A stretch of DNA of 64,000 nucleotides from a virus: IMG/VR virus record IMGVR_UViG_3300045988_169460; one strand, 5' to 3'. Positions 8,300 through 17,976 of this stretch are shown piece after piece (position 1 is the first letter of the stretch; each line of letters starts with the position of its first letter). The translations under genes were made by a program, and so were the position numbers. The notes under the pieces were generated by a model. The model ran no database searches and was not told the origin of the DNA. It saw nothing but the letters and a program-made list of their open reading frames with translations.

Positions 8300-8620
8300 A
8301 TGACACTAGAAGATATTGCAGTAATGAGTACAAAAGTTCCACAAGAGTTGTTAATTTCTTATATGCAAGATACCTCTTTAATTTATCTTATAGCGATTCT
8401 TGCTAGCTTCTCTTTATTGATATCTCTTATTATTTTTCTAGGATGGCAAGTATACGATGGAGTAACAGCATTGAATGAGGTGCAGGCAATTAGTGCCATG
8501 ATTTTTTTAATAGGTATTTCTCTTTTTACTATTGGAGCTTTTTTTCAGGCTTTTGAAAGTTTTATTTTTTATTTTAATTGCTATTTTAATCCATTAATTA
8601 TGATATTACAGGCGGTGTAA
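8300..8620 (+). CDS. membrane protein
   Basis: two to three long hydrophobic segments. Confidence 0.55.
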   Translation: MTLEDIAVMSTKVPQELLISYMQDTSLIYLIAILASFSLLISLIIFLGWQVYDGVTALNEVQAISAMIFLIGISLFTIGAFFQAFESFIFYFNCYFNPLIMILQAV

Positions 8621-8625
8621 AAATA

Positions 8626-8847
8626 ATGTATAAAGTTTGGGCAGTAATAGATGGGGAAAAATACTGGGTAACAAAATTTATAAATGTTGCAGGGTTTCTT
8701 AAAATTCATTTTACACAAGATGTAACAGATAATGTAGTTATATATCCCAATAAGGATATAGCAAGACGAGCATTAATAGCTACTTTAGACCATATACCAG
8801 AAGTTGTAGAAGTGGGAATGTTGGAAATTTCCTATAAAAATAATTAA
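8626..8847 (+). CDS. hypothetical protein
   Basis: ORF packed on same strand. Confidence 0.5.
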   Translation: MYKVWAVIDGEKYWVTKFINVAGFLKIHFTQDVTDNVVIYPNKDIARRALIATLDHIPEVVEVGMLEISYKNN

Positions 8848-8855
8848 AAAAAAGG

Positions 8856-8884
8856 TTGACAAAAATCCAAAAGTATGCTATAAT
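8856..8884 (+). promoter_or_regulatory. sigma-A-type promoter upstream of second tail fibre
   Basis: TTGACA, 17-nt spacer, TGcTATAAT. Confidence 0.65.
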
Positions 8885-8912
8885 AGGTATATAATTAAAG
8901 AGTAAGGAAAAT

Positions 8913-8940
8913 GGGGAAGCTCTAAGTGGGCTTCCTTTTT
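8913..8940 (+). terminator. leader hairpin plus T5 between promoter and tail-fibre start
   Basis: GGAAGC (8915-8920) pairs GCTTCC (8930-8935), then TTTTT. Confidence 0.4.
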
Positions 8941-8963
8941 AGCATATTGAATGGAGGTTTATA

Positions 8964-11759
8964 ATGGCTCAAACAAAAATTTGGGATGGAACTAAATGGG
9001 TTGATTATATAATGTCAAGTCAAATTAAATTGCCATTAGGTTCAATAGGATTTTCGTTAGATGGGATATTACCAGAAGGTGCAATAGCGGCTACAGGATT
9101 AGAACTTAGCAGAGAAGTTTATAAAGATTTATGGGGATTTGCACAAAAAGGTGGAGAAACTCGTTTAATAAGTGAAGAAGCTTGGCAAGCAGAGTTAGCG
9201 GCAAATGAGGGAAGATTTTGTAGATATTATAGCACTGGAAATGGTGCTACTACCTTTAGAATTCCTTATATCGCTTGTTATTTAAGTGGTACAGCAGAAG
9301 CAGAAAAAGTTGGAACTTGTGTAACAGATACACAAAGGAATATCACAGGTTCAATAGGAGAAGTATTTGCTCCTAATCCACCAAATACTACTGGTGCTTT
9401 TACCGAAGAAGTATCAAGAAGAATACATGTTCTAAACGATTCTGTTGAAAATCATATTTGGAAAATAAACTTTGATGCCTCTCGAGTTGTAGGAGCAGAA
9501 CATACAGGTGAAGAAGTAAAACCAAAAACGGCATATGTGTTATATTATATACAAGCTTTTAGTACAATCATTAATTCTGGAACATTAGATATTGGAGAGT
9601 TATTAGAGCACGTTGAAACTTTAGAAAAAAGTGTTGGCTATCCATTAGGGGCTATTTATCCTACTTTATATGGAAGTATAGATGTTGGAAGTCTTCCTTG
9701 TTTGGGAGGAGAATATAATAGAGAAACTTATAAAGATTTGTGGGAATTGGTTCAGACAAAAGAAGGGTATGTAGTAACTGAATCTGAATGGCAAGCATTA
9801 AATACAGCAAATGAAGGAAACGTGCCTAAATTTTCTAGTGGTGACGGAAGCACAACTTTTAGATTGCCTAAGATTACTAAATTTTTAAGTGGTGCAGAAT
9901 CAATAAGCGAAGTTGGAACTTATGTAACAGACACACAACGAAACATTACAGGTTCTATTGCGATGGGGGTTTGGTCTTCTCCCTCGGGGTGTTTTTATGC
10001 AAATTCTACAAGTAATATGAAGCATGGTCGTGTTCAAGAAACGGCAGGGTCTTGTGCCTTTGATGCTTCTCGTTCAGTAGGCACAGAACATACAGGTGAA
10101 GAAATAGCCCCAAAACATATAAAAGCTTTATATCAAATTAAAGCGTATGGAGTAGTATCAAACACTGGAAATATTGATGTTACTAATTTAGCAAAAGATG
10201 TGGAGCAGTTAAATACTACAGTTCAAACTGAAAAAATTAATCATCAAATTAAACCATTTACAGATTTAAGTCAAATAGGATTAATTAAGGGAACAGAGAC
10301 ATTAAAATCTATTGGTGAGGCTTTGCCAGAAAATTCTCAAATAAGTTATCAGATAGAAATTGGAAGCGGGCATAATAGTATAGAATATCCTCAAATTAAA
10401 GGATATTTTAATATGAAAAAGGATACAACATATTGTTATTGTGTTTTTGCAACAGAATCTAATACGAAAATGTTTCAAAGAAGTTTTGATTACCGAGATG
10501 CTTTTTATATTGATGCAAATTGGTCAGTAATGGCAGACAATAATAAATTGAGTATGCCCTCTAATAACAAGATAATTATTAACTTAAAAAATCAGGGAGA
10601 TTCCTGGACAGCTCCTTGTGATGGTTATATATGGGGAATGAAAGTTGGAGGTAGTAATGTTGTAAATAGTTGGTTAAATGTTTGGGACTCCACTAATGCA
10701 GATACAACTAATTATGGCACTTTAATTTATTGTGATTATGGTCAACCATATATTAATTTATGTGGTAATTTAGCTATACGAAAAGGTCAGACTGTTTATT
10801 TTAATTGGAGTAATAATTGTAGAGTATATTTTTATCCAGCTTTAAATGCTAATATGCCTACTTATGGCGAAGATGTAAGAATTTATTTTAAAGCTGTAGA
10901 TTCAAATAATAATATTATTAGTGGAGCTTCTTTTAAAATTTCTATAGCAGATAGCAGTGGGGATATTGTTATTCTTTCAGGAAAAACATCCAGTGATGGA
11001 CGTTATTTAGTTCCAGAAGATAAATGGCTATCTTTAACTGGCTTAGAAGATAATCAATTAATCACTTGTACTATGACTAAAGGAAATGCTACTGGTTCAG
11101 CAGAATATAGAATTTCTTTATTTAAAGAAAATATGATTTATGATTTGCCAATAACTCTTGTTGAAGGGGGGGGGGTAATTCATAATATAGATTTAGAACT
11201 TGCAGTAAGTGGTCAGATTAGATGCAATAAAACATCAGGAGATGGTAATACACAAGCATATGCTGGTGATGAAATTATTTTAACTGCTGTACCTGATGTG
11301 GGTGTTGAGTTTTTAAATTGGCAAATTATTAATCTTACCACATTGGAGAAAGAAATAAAGATAGAGAATCCTCTCACTTATATTATGCCTGATAGTGATA
11401 TCAGAGTAGCGGCTGATTTTAATGACGACCCTATTGACATTCCTATAGACCCCTCATCACCTAGTCCTGCGGTTGATGTTTATTTTAAAGTATTAACTAA
11501 TGGAACTACTACAATGGGTTATAATGTAACACTTTATTCCCCAAAAGGTAATGTTATTTGGCAAGGTGTAACAAATTCACAGGGCTATGTACAATTAGAC
11601 CCTACTCTTAGTTTCTATGCAGAAGATGGTATGACACTTCGGGCAATGAAAGGAAGCAAGTTTACTCAGATAACGGTTAATAAAGACAGTTTTAGCACAG
11701 ATAAGGCAGATAGTAATAATGCGATTTGGTTTACTCTTACTGTTGGTGAGATGGGATAA
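8964..11759 (+). CDS. tail fibre protein with two collar-like repeats and a G10 tract
   Basis: two copies of FR(I/L)P...DTQRNITGSI...FDASR.VG.EHTGEE(V/I).PK; G10 at 11166-11175 encoding GGG. Confidence 0.8.
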   Translation: MAQTKIWDGTKWVDYIMSSQIKLPLGSIGFSLDGILPEGAIAATGLELSREVYKDLWGFAQKGGETRLISEEAWQAELAANEGRFCRYYSTGNGATTFRIPYIACYLSGTAEAEKVGTCVTDTQRNITGSIGEVFAPNPPNTTGAFTEEVSRRIHVLNDSVENHIWKINFDASRVVGAEHTGEEVKPKTAYVLYYIQAFSTIINSGTLDIGELLEHVETLEKSVGYPLGAIYPTLYGSIDVGSLPCLGGEYNRETYKDLWELVQTKEGYVVTESEWQALNTANEGNVPKFSSGDGSTTFRLPKITKFLSGAESISEVGTYVTDTQRNITGSIAMGVWSSPSGCFYANSTSNMKHGRVQETAGSCAFDASRSVGTEHTGEEIAPKHIKALYQIKAYGVVSNTGNIDVTNLAKDVEQLNTTVQTEKINHQIKPFTDLSQIGLIKGTETLKSIGEALPENSQISYQIEIGSGHNSIEYPQIKGYFNMKKDTTYCYCVFATESNTKMFQRSFDYRDAFYIDANWSVMADNNKLSMPSNNKIIINLKNQGDSWTAPCDGYIWGMKVGGSNVVNSWLNVWDSTNADTTNYGTLIYCDYGQPYINLCGNLAIRKGQTVYFNWSNNCRVYFYPALNANMPTYGEDVRIYFKAVDSNNNIISGASFKISIADSSGDIVILSGKTSSDGRYLVPEDKWLSLTGLEDNQLITCTMTKGNATGSAEYRISLFKENMIYDLPITLVEGGGVIHNIDLELAVSGQIRCNKTSGDGNTQAYAGDEIILTAVPDVGVEFLNWQIINLTTLEKEIKIENPLTYIMPDSDIRVAADFNDDPIDIPIDPSSPSPAVDVYFKVLTNGTTTMGYNVTLYSPKGNVIWQGVTNSQGYVQLDPTLSFYAEDGMTLRAMKGSKFTQITVNKDSFSTDKADSNNAIWFTLTVGEMG

Positions 11760-11811
11760 ATCTTTATTCCTGCTGGTACTGTTGGAGCAAATTAATTAAA
11801 GGAGATAACTA

Positions 11812-12204
11812 ATGTATTATAGGTTAGACAGTAATGGAAATATTATAGATTGTAGTTTAGTTTACTATGGTTCTGGTTGTTTGAAAACTGATAGAGCTAT
11901 AATAAGAGATTTAAAAGGTCAATTAGTTTTTGAAGATGAAATTGACATAAAAGCTTTAGAAAAAGAAAAAAAAGCACTAGAATTTGAAAATGATAGACAA
12001 AAATATCTTGGTATAGTTGAAAGTAGGCTACAAGAGTCTGATTATAAGTGTTTAAAATTTGTAGATGGTGCTTTAAGTGAAAGTGAGTATGCTTCTATTA
12101 GGGCAGAACGTGAAAAATTAAGATTATGTTATAATGAATTAGAGATTGTAAAAACTAAAACTAAATTAAAAGAATTGATAGCCACTTACAATTTAGATAA
12201 TTAG
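11812..12204 (+). CDS. possible tail-fibre assembly/chaperone protein
   Basis: position directly after the tail fibre; coiled-coil C-terminal half; no firm motif. Confidence 0.35.
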   Translation: MYYRLDSNGNIIDCSLVYYGSGCLKTDRAIIRDLKGQLVFEDEIDIKALEKEKKALEFENDRQKYLGIVESRLQESDYKCLKFVDGALSESEYASIRAEREKLRLCYNELEIVKTKTKLKELIATYNLDN

Positions 12205-12278
12205 TAGGGGGTGTAAAAATGGCTTGTAGTGGAGCAAAGAAAAAGAAGAAAATAAAAAAATAAGGAGGATACTTTATC

Positions 12279-12494
12279 TTGAAAATTGTAGATAAATTTT
12301 ATATTCGGTGTGTTCGTTATTTTGCACAAGAAGAGTGTGAAGAAATGTGTTTACAGTTATTTCAATTAAGCGATGAAGTTTTTGCCTTATCAAATGAAGT
12401 AAATATAATGTTATTTGATTGTTTTGATTTAAAAAAATCCTATTTAAATCAAAGAGCGTTAAATTGTTTAAGGAAAGCGGAAATTTGTCCGTAA
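12279..12494 (+). CDS. hypothetical protein
   Basis: TTG start after AAGGAGG. Confidence 0.45.
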   Translation: MKIVDKFYIRCVRYFAQEECEEMCLQLFQLSDEVFALSNEVNIMLFDCFDLKKSYLNQRALNCLRKAEICP

Positions 12495-12508
12495 GAAATG
12501 AGGTTAAT

Positions 12509-12847
12509 ATGAAGGAATATCTATATAAGATATTTAAATTAGTTTTTAAAAATCGTTATGATAAAGATGTATTAAAACTAAAAGATGAAATTTATGAATT
12601 ACGCAAAGAAAAGGTAGAAAAAGTTAGAGAATGTGAACAAGTTAGACGTGAATTAATGGGAGTTAAGAAAAGAATGTCAGCTTTAGATAATTCTAGATTA
12701 GAGGATGAAGTAAAGGTAAATGAATTAATAGCCCATTTAAAAGAATGTGAAGAACAAATAGAAGAATTAAATGAAAAAGTAAGGAATCTTCAAAGTAAAA
12801 ATAAAGGCTTAACAACACAGATAAAAAACATGAAAGAAGGAAAATAA
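12509..12847 (+). CDS. coiled-coil protein
   Basis: ATG after GAGG; heptad-rich charged sequence. Confidence 0.5.
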   Translation: MKEYLYKIFKLVFKNRYDKDVLKLKDEIYELRKEKVEKVRECEQVRRELMGVKKRMSALDNSRLEDEVKVNELIAHLKECEEQIEELNEKVRNLQSKNKGLTTQIKNMKEGK

Positions 12848-12950
12848 TATGGGACTCTACACAAAACTAAAGAATGCGGTAAATAATTTCATAGAGGTTA
12901 TGTGTAGAGGTTTGGAACGTCTACACTATCTGTAAGAACGGAGGGGTGTA

Positions 12951-13262
12951 GTGAACAGAGATTTTGAGACAGAATTAAGAGAAGATTTAGCAGTAATAAA
13001 AACAAAGCAACAAAGTAATTCAGAAAGTCTTGGAGTTTTTTTAGAAAAAACACAAACACAAGAAGTAGAATTAAAGACAGTAGAAAATAATATAAAGACA
13101 ATTTTCAAGAGATTAGATGAGATGAGAGCAGAAGCAAAAGAAAACAAAATAGAACTTAATAAAGTTATAGATGATAAATGTTCTGATATATTTAGATTAG
13201 CAACATTTTTATCAGGAATAATAAGCATGTTTATAAGTATACTTGCGCTTATCTTAAAGTAA
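12951..13262 (+). CDS. xhlA: XhlA-like lysis-associated protein
   Basis: coiled-coil N-terminus plus single C-terminal TM segment, directly upstream of holin and endolysin. Confidence 0.55.
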   Translation: MNRDFETELREDLAVIKTKQQSNSESLGVFLEKTQTQEVELKTVENNIKTIFKRLDEMRAEAKENKIELNKVIDDKCSDIFRLATFLSGIISMFISILALILK

Positions 13263-13274
13263 TGAGGTTTTATA

Positions 13275-13616
13275 ATGTTTGAGAAGCTAAAAAATATTAT
13301 TAAATCAAAAATTCTTGTAAAGCCTAAAATTGCTGGCGGGAGTTTAAAGCTTCTCTATATAATGATTATTTTAATAATAACAACTGTTCTAGCTTATATA
13401 TTTGCTTGGGCATATCAAGCAATATTTAAGGGTGTAATAGCATTATCTGATTTACTAGCTTTAACAAAAGTTTTATTCTCCCCAGAAGCGATTGCCGCTA
13501 TATTCTTTTATGGAGCATCTATAATAGATAAAGACGGAGATGGGGAAAGTGATAAATTAGAAAAAGAAGTACAGAAGGAAGATAAAAAAGAAGGTGATTG
13601 CAATGTACGAAAGTAA
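13275..13616 (+). CDS. holin-like membrane protein
   Basis: TM segments followed by a highly charged C-terminus; overlaps the endolysin start. Confidence 0.55.
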   Translation: MFEKLKNIIKSKILVKPKIAGGSLKLLYIMIILIITTVLAYIFAWAYQAIFKGVIALSDLLALTKVLFSPEAIAAIFFYGASIIDKDGDGESDKLEKEVQKEDKKEGDCNVRK

Positions 13617-14055
13617 ACATTGGAGCGTAACAGAATGGGATTGTTGGCGCAGAAACAGTAATGAATATGCGTGGGACAATGAAAATGGGAAGTTATGCAC
13701 AAATAATGAAAAAACAGCAAATTTATTTAAAATATTAGATATGTTGAGAGACTGGAATCCTAATTGGGTAGTCAATACAACAAAATATCACTCTGAATAT
13801 GGAACAACTTTTAAATCAGGATATAGGACTGTAGATGATGGAGTTAATGCGGCATGTGGTGGAGAATTAGGTAGTTATCACACAAAAGGATGTGCCGCAG
13901 ATATTCATATTTCTGGTCAGGATGATACTGATACAGCTTTAGCAGATACTGTTTTAGTGGCGGCAAAAGCGTGGGGGTTAGAAGACCAGTTAGGTATAGG
14001 TTACTATGGAGATTGGGTTCATATAGATACCAGAGGGGTAACTTCGAGATGGTAA
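13603..14055 (+). CDS. endolysin, peptidase M15A-type
   Basis: SGYR...SYHTKGCAADI...GIGYYGDWVHIDTR zinc-peptidase pattern. Confidence 0.75.
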   Translation: MYESKHWSVTEWDCWRRNSNEYAWDNENGKLCTNNEKTANLFKILDMLRDWNPNWVVNTTKYHSEYGTTFKSGYRTVDDGVNAACGGELGSYHTKGCAADIHISGQDDTDTALADTVLVAAKAWGLEDQLGIGYYGDWVHIDTRGVTSRW

Positions 14056-14093
14056 TAGGAGGAACTGCAAGAATAGTCTTGTAGGAGAGAAAT

Positions 14094-14408
14094 ATGGTTA
14101 GTACAATTACAGTAGATAATTTTAAGTGTAAATGTTGTGGGGCAACGCCTAAAGTGAGTAAACGGCTGTTGAAAATATTGAATGATATACAGACAAACGT
14201 TGGCTCTGAATTAACAATATTATCACCTACTTGTAAAGACCAAGAATTTAAAAAGTTATTAAAAGCTTGTGTCATTTTAGTTCCTAAACTTTATACTGTT
14301 GATGATTTAGCGGACTTAGCGATACTGTATAACGCAGATGGTATAAGAAGGTTATATAAATATAAAGCAGTATATGTAGATGTTTTAGGAAATAAAATGG
14401 ATTATTAA
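14094..14408 (+). CDS. degenerate M15-like domain protein
   Basis: FKCKCCG...LLKILNDIQ...LTILS resembles an M15A N-terminal half; catalytic His/Asp segment not seen. Confidence 0.4.
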   Translation: MVSTITVDNFKCKCCGATPKVSKRLLKILNDIQTNVGSELTILSPTCKDQEFKKLLKACVILVPKLYTVDDLADLAILYNADGIRRLYKYKAVYVDVLGNKMDY

Positions 14409-14436
14409 TCCCTTACTTAGTAAGGGATTTTTTTTA
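14407..14436 (+). terminator. rho-independent terminator after lysis cassette
   Basis: 10-bp stem AATCCCTTAC/GTAAGGGATT, 3-nt loop, T9. Confidence 0.75.
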
Positions 14437-14465
14437 TTGACAAAATTAAAAAAGTGTGGTATAAT
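14437..14465 (+). promoter_or_regulatory. sigma-A-type promoter
   Basis: TTGACA, 17-nt spacer, TGgTATAAT. Confidence 0.7.
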
Positions 14466-14485
14466 AGGTTCAACGAGGTGAGAGT

Positions 14486-14722
14486 ATGGTGTTTTTAAAT
14501 AATAATATAGAATATGGTAGATTTCAAAAAGCAGTTCAAGGGATTACTGTATTAAACGAAAAACAGATACGAAAATTTTGGCACAAATTTAAAAAAGGTA
14601 TTTCTAAAAATGAAATTAATATAAATCTCTTTTTTCCAGAATTTATAGAAACTATATTTGAGGGACAGGAAATATGGATTCTAAAGGAGTGGGTTATATT
14701 TGAAGAAAATGCTGAAATTTAA
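14486..14722 (+). CDS. small protein; internal KEW at a degenerate junction motif
   Basis: AAGGAGTGGGTTATA at 14683-14697 resembles the EWE-stop motif but lacks the stop; ORF runs 8 codons further. Confidence 0.5.
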   Translation: MVFLNNNIEYGRFQKAVQGITVLNEKQIRKFWHKFKKGISKNEININLFFPEFIETIFEGQEIWILKEWVIFEENAEI

Positions 14723-14957
14723 AAGCGGCGTAGATTATCGAACGTTTAGGTTTATATTTGGAACTGACAAACTTTCTTATAAAGCTTCTCACAATCTTTG
14801 GAAAGAGCTTTCTACTGGGGTATCAAAAAAGCGTTTAAATTTAACATCAGTCGAAGGTTCACTACTTTATGAGTTTGAATACCTTAATGAAAAGTATTGT
14901 TATTTTCCTGAGTTTTGGTTTGAAGAAGTTAGGTATTCTGATATTGAATGGGAGTAA
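14700..14957 (+). CDS. small protein, EWE tail
   Basis: ends DIEWE with AATGGGAGTAA. Confidence 0.55.
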   Translation: MKKMLKFKSGVDYRTFRFIFGTDKLSYKASHNLWKELSTGVSKKRLNLTSVEGSLLYEFEYLNEKYCYFPEFWFEEVRYSDIEWE

Positions 14958-14960
14958 AAA

Positions 14961-15203
14961 ATGGTAAAATTAAAGGAAGGATTAGGGCATGCTGAGTGGC
15001 TTTGGTTTATGCACAATTCAATACAGTTTAGAAATGCTTGTTATGTAGATGCTAATATATTATGGAATATGTTAAAAGATGGGGTTTCAGAAGATGCCTT
15101 AAAAATCAGAGATGATAGTACAGGTTATAAAGAAATCTGTTATAAAGAAGTTAAATATGCCTTACCTATAAAGTGGTGTTTGCCAATTTTTGAATGGGAA
15201 TAA
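14961..15203 (+). CDS. small protein, EWE tail
   Basis: ATG 8 nt after GGGAG; ends IFEWE with AATGGGAATAA. Confidence 0.55.
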   Translation: MVKLKEGLGHAEWLWFMHNSIQFRNACYVDANILWNMLKDGVSEDALKIRDDSTGYKEICYKEVKYALPIKWCLPIFEWE

Positions 15204-15210
15204 AAAACAC

Positions 15211-15239
15211 TTGACAAAAAGAAAAAAATATGGTATAAT
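15211..15239 (+). promoter_or_regulatory. sigma-A-type promoter
   Basis: TTGACA, 17-nt spacer, TGgTATAAT; begins 8 nt after the junction motif. Confidence 0.7.
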
Positions 15240-15264
15240 AGTATAAAAGATAGGAGATGATTTA

Positions 15265-15582
15265 GTGAGTTTATTAGGGGATATGTATAATTTAAAAACA
15301 GAGGAATATATTAAGACGAGAAAACAAACAGCAAAAGTTATTGAGACTTTAAGAGCATTAAGGGATACAAATACAAATCCTTTATATCGTAAAGCAATGA
15401 ATGAGGCTATTAGGGAAATTAAGCAAATTGGATTTGCAAGAAAAGGTAAAATTACAAACTGTTTGGGAAAAATTTTTGAAGAGGAATCCGCAGAATATAG
15501 ACGTAAACTTAGTGATATTGAAACTGAGGATTCTATACGTACATTAGAGTCTATCTCTTGCAGACATTTTCAGGGTTTTTGA
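15265..15582 (+). CDS. hypothetical protein
   Basis: GTG start after AGGAG. Confidence 0.5.
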   Translation: MSLLGDMYNLKTEEYIKTRKQTAKVIETLRALRDTNTNPLYRKAMNEAIREIKQIGFARKGKITNCLGKIFEEESAEYRRKLSDIETEDSIRTLESISCRHFQGF

Positions 15583-15591
15583 TTAATAAAA

Positions 15592-17082
15592 ATGGCTATT
15601 AAAGTTTTTATAAGTAACTCTCAATTATTAAAAAACTTAACAAATACAGAAAGAGAGCAAATAAAAAAAGATTTAACTTTTAAAAATCCTGAATATGAAA
15701 GTATTCTTAAATTCTCTAGATGGGGGAGCACTAAAGTTCCAGAATTTCTTTATTATTATAAAGAAATAGGGGATAGCTTAGAAGTTCCTAGAGGATATAA
15801 GATACCTTTTACTTATGAGGTTATAGAAGATGCCTCAATTAGTTTTAATAATATAGAATATCCATCAGTACAAATCCAGCCTAGAAAAGTACAACAGGTA
15901 GCAATAGAGCATTTTACTGATAATACTGGAACACTTGTTATAAATACAGGGTTAGGTAAGTCAATAATTGGCTTGATATTGGCAGGGAAGTTAAAAGAAA
16001 GAGCCTTAATTATAGTTAATAAAGACGATTTAATAGATGGTTGGCAAAAAGATGCTCTGTTGTGCTATGGGGAAATAGAAATAGGTTTAGTAAAAGGCAA
16101 GGTTTTCAATATAGGAAAACAAATTACTTTAACTACGATACAAACCCTTTCTAGGCTAGGTGATGAAAAGCTTGATAAATTAAAAGAAAGTATATCAATG
16201 TTAATTTGTGATGAATGTCATAGGTGTTCTGCTAAGATATACAGTGTTCTGAATGACTTCCCTGCCAAATATCGTTTAGGCTTAACAGCAACTAAAATGA
16301 GAAATGATGGATTAGCAGATGTGTTAGATTTAATTTGTGGGCATACATTGTATGAATACAAAGGGGAATTTGAAACTTCTGATATTATAGATACAAAAGA
16401 TATTTTTGTAATAAAGAGGGAAAGTCAGTTAAAGTGGAATCCAGTGATTGATTATTACTGGACGAAAAGCGGAGCAAAAGTAAAAGCATTAGCATATAAA
16501 GATAAAGTATTCGCACCACATACACCAGAATGGAGAGCTTTAATAACGCAGTTATTGAGTACAAAGGAAGTTGATAGTTTACCTGTTAATTTGCAGGAAG
16601 CTTATAAAATTGTATCAGAAGATTTAGCGTTTAATAGATTAGTTGTTGAAGATATTATAAAAGAATATAATTTAGGAAAATCTTGTATAGTGTTTTGTAA
16701 AGAGAAAGAGCATATAAATTTATTGTATGATATGTTGGTAGATATATGTCCAAGAATACAAAAATACTATGGAGATATGAAAGAAACAAAAGCAGAAATA
16801 AAAGAGAAAGCAGAAACAAAAGAAGCATTAATTACATTAGCTACTATTTCTATTAGTTGTGAAGGAACTAACGTAAAATCATGGGAGAGAGGATTTCTTG
16901 TATCTACAGTGGCAAACAAGAAAGATTTGATACAGATTTTAGGAAGGTTACGAAGAACTAAAGATGGTAAGACTAATGTATTTTTTTATGATTACAGACA
17001 TCCTTTTATGGCAATTTTTAATAAGCATGGTATAAAGAGGGATAAGTGGTATAGAGAAATAGGAATTACAAAAATTATTTAA
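15592..17082 (+). CDS. SF2 DNA helicase (DEAD/DEAH-box, DECH)
   Basis: NTGLGKS Walker A, LICDECH motif II, LTAT motif III, GRLRR motif VI. Confidence 0.8.
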   Translation: MAIKVFISNSQLLKNLTNTEREQIKKDLTFKNPEYESILKFSRWGSTKVPEFLYYYKEIGDSLEVPRGYKIPFTYEVIEDASISFNNIEYPSVQIQPRKVQQVAIEHFTDNTGTLVINTGLGKSIIGLILAGKLKERALIIVNKDDLIDGWQKDALLCYGEIEIGLVKGKVFNIGKQITLTTIQTLSRLGDEKLDKLKESISMLICDECHRCSAKIYSVLNDFPAKYRLGLTATKMRNDGLADVLDLICGHTLYEYKGEFETSDIIDTKDIFVIKRESQLKWNPVIDYYWTKSGAKVKALAYKDKVFAPHTPEWRALITQLLSTKEVDSLPVNLQEAYKIVSEDLAFNRLVVEDIIKEYNLGKSCIVFCKEKEHINLLYDMLVDICPRIQKYYGDMKETKAEIKEKAETKEALITLATISISCEGTNVKSWERGFLVSTVANKKDLIQILGRLRRTKDGKTNVFFYDYRHPFMAIFNKHGIKRDKWYREIGITKII

Positions 17083-17088
17083 AAATGC

Positions 17089-17117
17089 TTGACAAAACTA
17101 AAAAAGTATGATATAAT
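17089..17117 (+). promoter_or_regulatory. sigma-A-type promoter
   Basis: TTGACA, 17-nt spacer, TGaTATAAT. Confidence 0.7.
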
Positions 17118-17132
17118 GTTAAGACTTAAAGA

Positions 17133-17615
17133 ATGGATGATAAAATGGTTGAATGTAAAATTATAGACTTTTCAGAAGCAGAGATAGATGATTCACGTTT
17201 CAAAGAATTAGCTATGCAGTATGATATGTATAGAAAGACAAAGCTTGAAGCGGAAAAAAGAGTGAAAGAATTAAAAGAACAGCTAGATGCTTATGTAGAG
17301 TCTAATGGCAAAAGTGATTTAAATGGTAATAAGTATTTACCTTTTTTAGATAATAAATATCTAAAAAGAGAGGTAAGAAAAAGCTATGATGTAATACCTT
17401 ATATGGCTGAAAGTATTTTGAGAGATTATGGTGTTTTAGATAAAGTTTTAAAGTATGAAGCTTATTATGATATGGAAGTATTGGAACATCTTATCGCAGA
17501 TGGAGTAATACCATTAGAGGTAGCAGAGAAAATGTTTAAAGAAAAATTAAGTTATTCAACTAAAATAGTAGATTTAAAGGATGTGAGCGAGGATGCCGAG
17601 AAAGAGGAAAGCTAA
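17133..17615 (+). CDS. hypothetical coiled-coil protein
   Basis: ORF after promoter; no firm motif. Confidence 0.5.
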   Translation: MDDKMVECKIIDFSEAEIDDSRFKELAMQYDMYRKTKLEAEKRVKELKEQLDAYVESNGKSDLNGNKYLPFLDNKYLKREVRKSYDVIPYMAESILRDYGVLDKVLKYEAYYDMEVLEHLIADGVIPLEVAEKMFKEKLSYSTKIVDLKDVSEDAEKEES

Positions 17616-17976
17616 AAGAGGCAGACCCGCAGGGCAAATATTACAGGGAAAATTATTTAAAATAAATGGCAAGATACTACGATTATATACAAGAGCAAAA
17701 TTAATAGAAGCTTTTAAATTGGCTGGTATTCCTAGAGGTTCATTAACTTTACGTAATTGGGAAAATACAGGTATTTTACCTCCTGCCCTAGTGAGAGTAA
17801 ATAATATTTGTTATTACACACAGGAACAAATAAATGCTATTGTTAGAGTAGCTTTAGAGTGTGGAGTTAGGAGAGGTTTTCCTATTGAAAAGACTGGATT
17901 TTCTGAACGAGTAAAAATTGCTTTACAAAAAGTAAATGAAAGATTGTTTATGCCAGATAAAGAAATGGAGGAATAA
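17593..17976 (+). CDS. MerR-like HTH DNA-binding protein
   Basis: basic N-terminus, LTLRNWENTGILPP helix-turn-helix-like segment. Confidence 0.45.
   Translation: MPRKRKAKRGRPAGQILQGKLFKINGKILRLYTRAKLIEAFKLAGIPRGSLTLRNWENTGILPPALVRVNNICYYTQEQINAIVRVALECGVRRGFPIEKTGFSERVKIALQKVNERLFMPDKEMEE

Noticed and set aside
12219-12263. 14-codon Lys-rich mini-ORF MACSGAKKKKKIKK after the putative fibre chaperone
   Set aside because: It has a plausible RBS (GGGGGTG), but it is too short and too A-rich to distinguish from chance in this composition. Not called as a gene.
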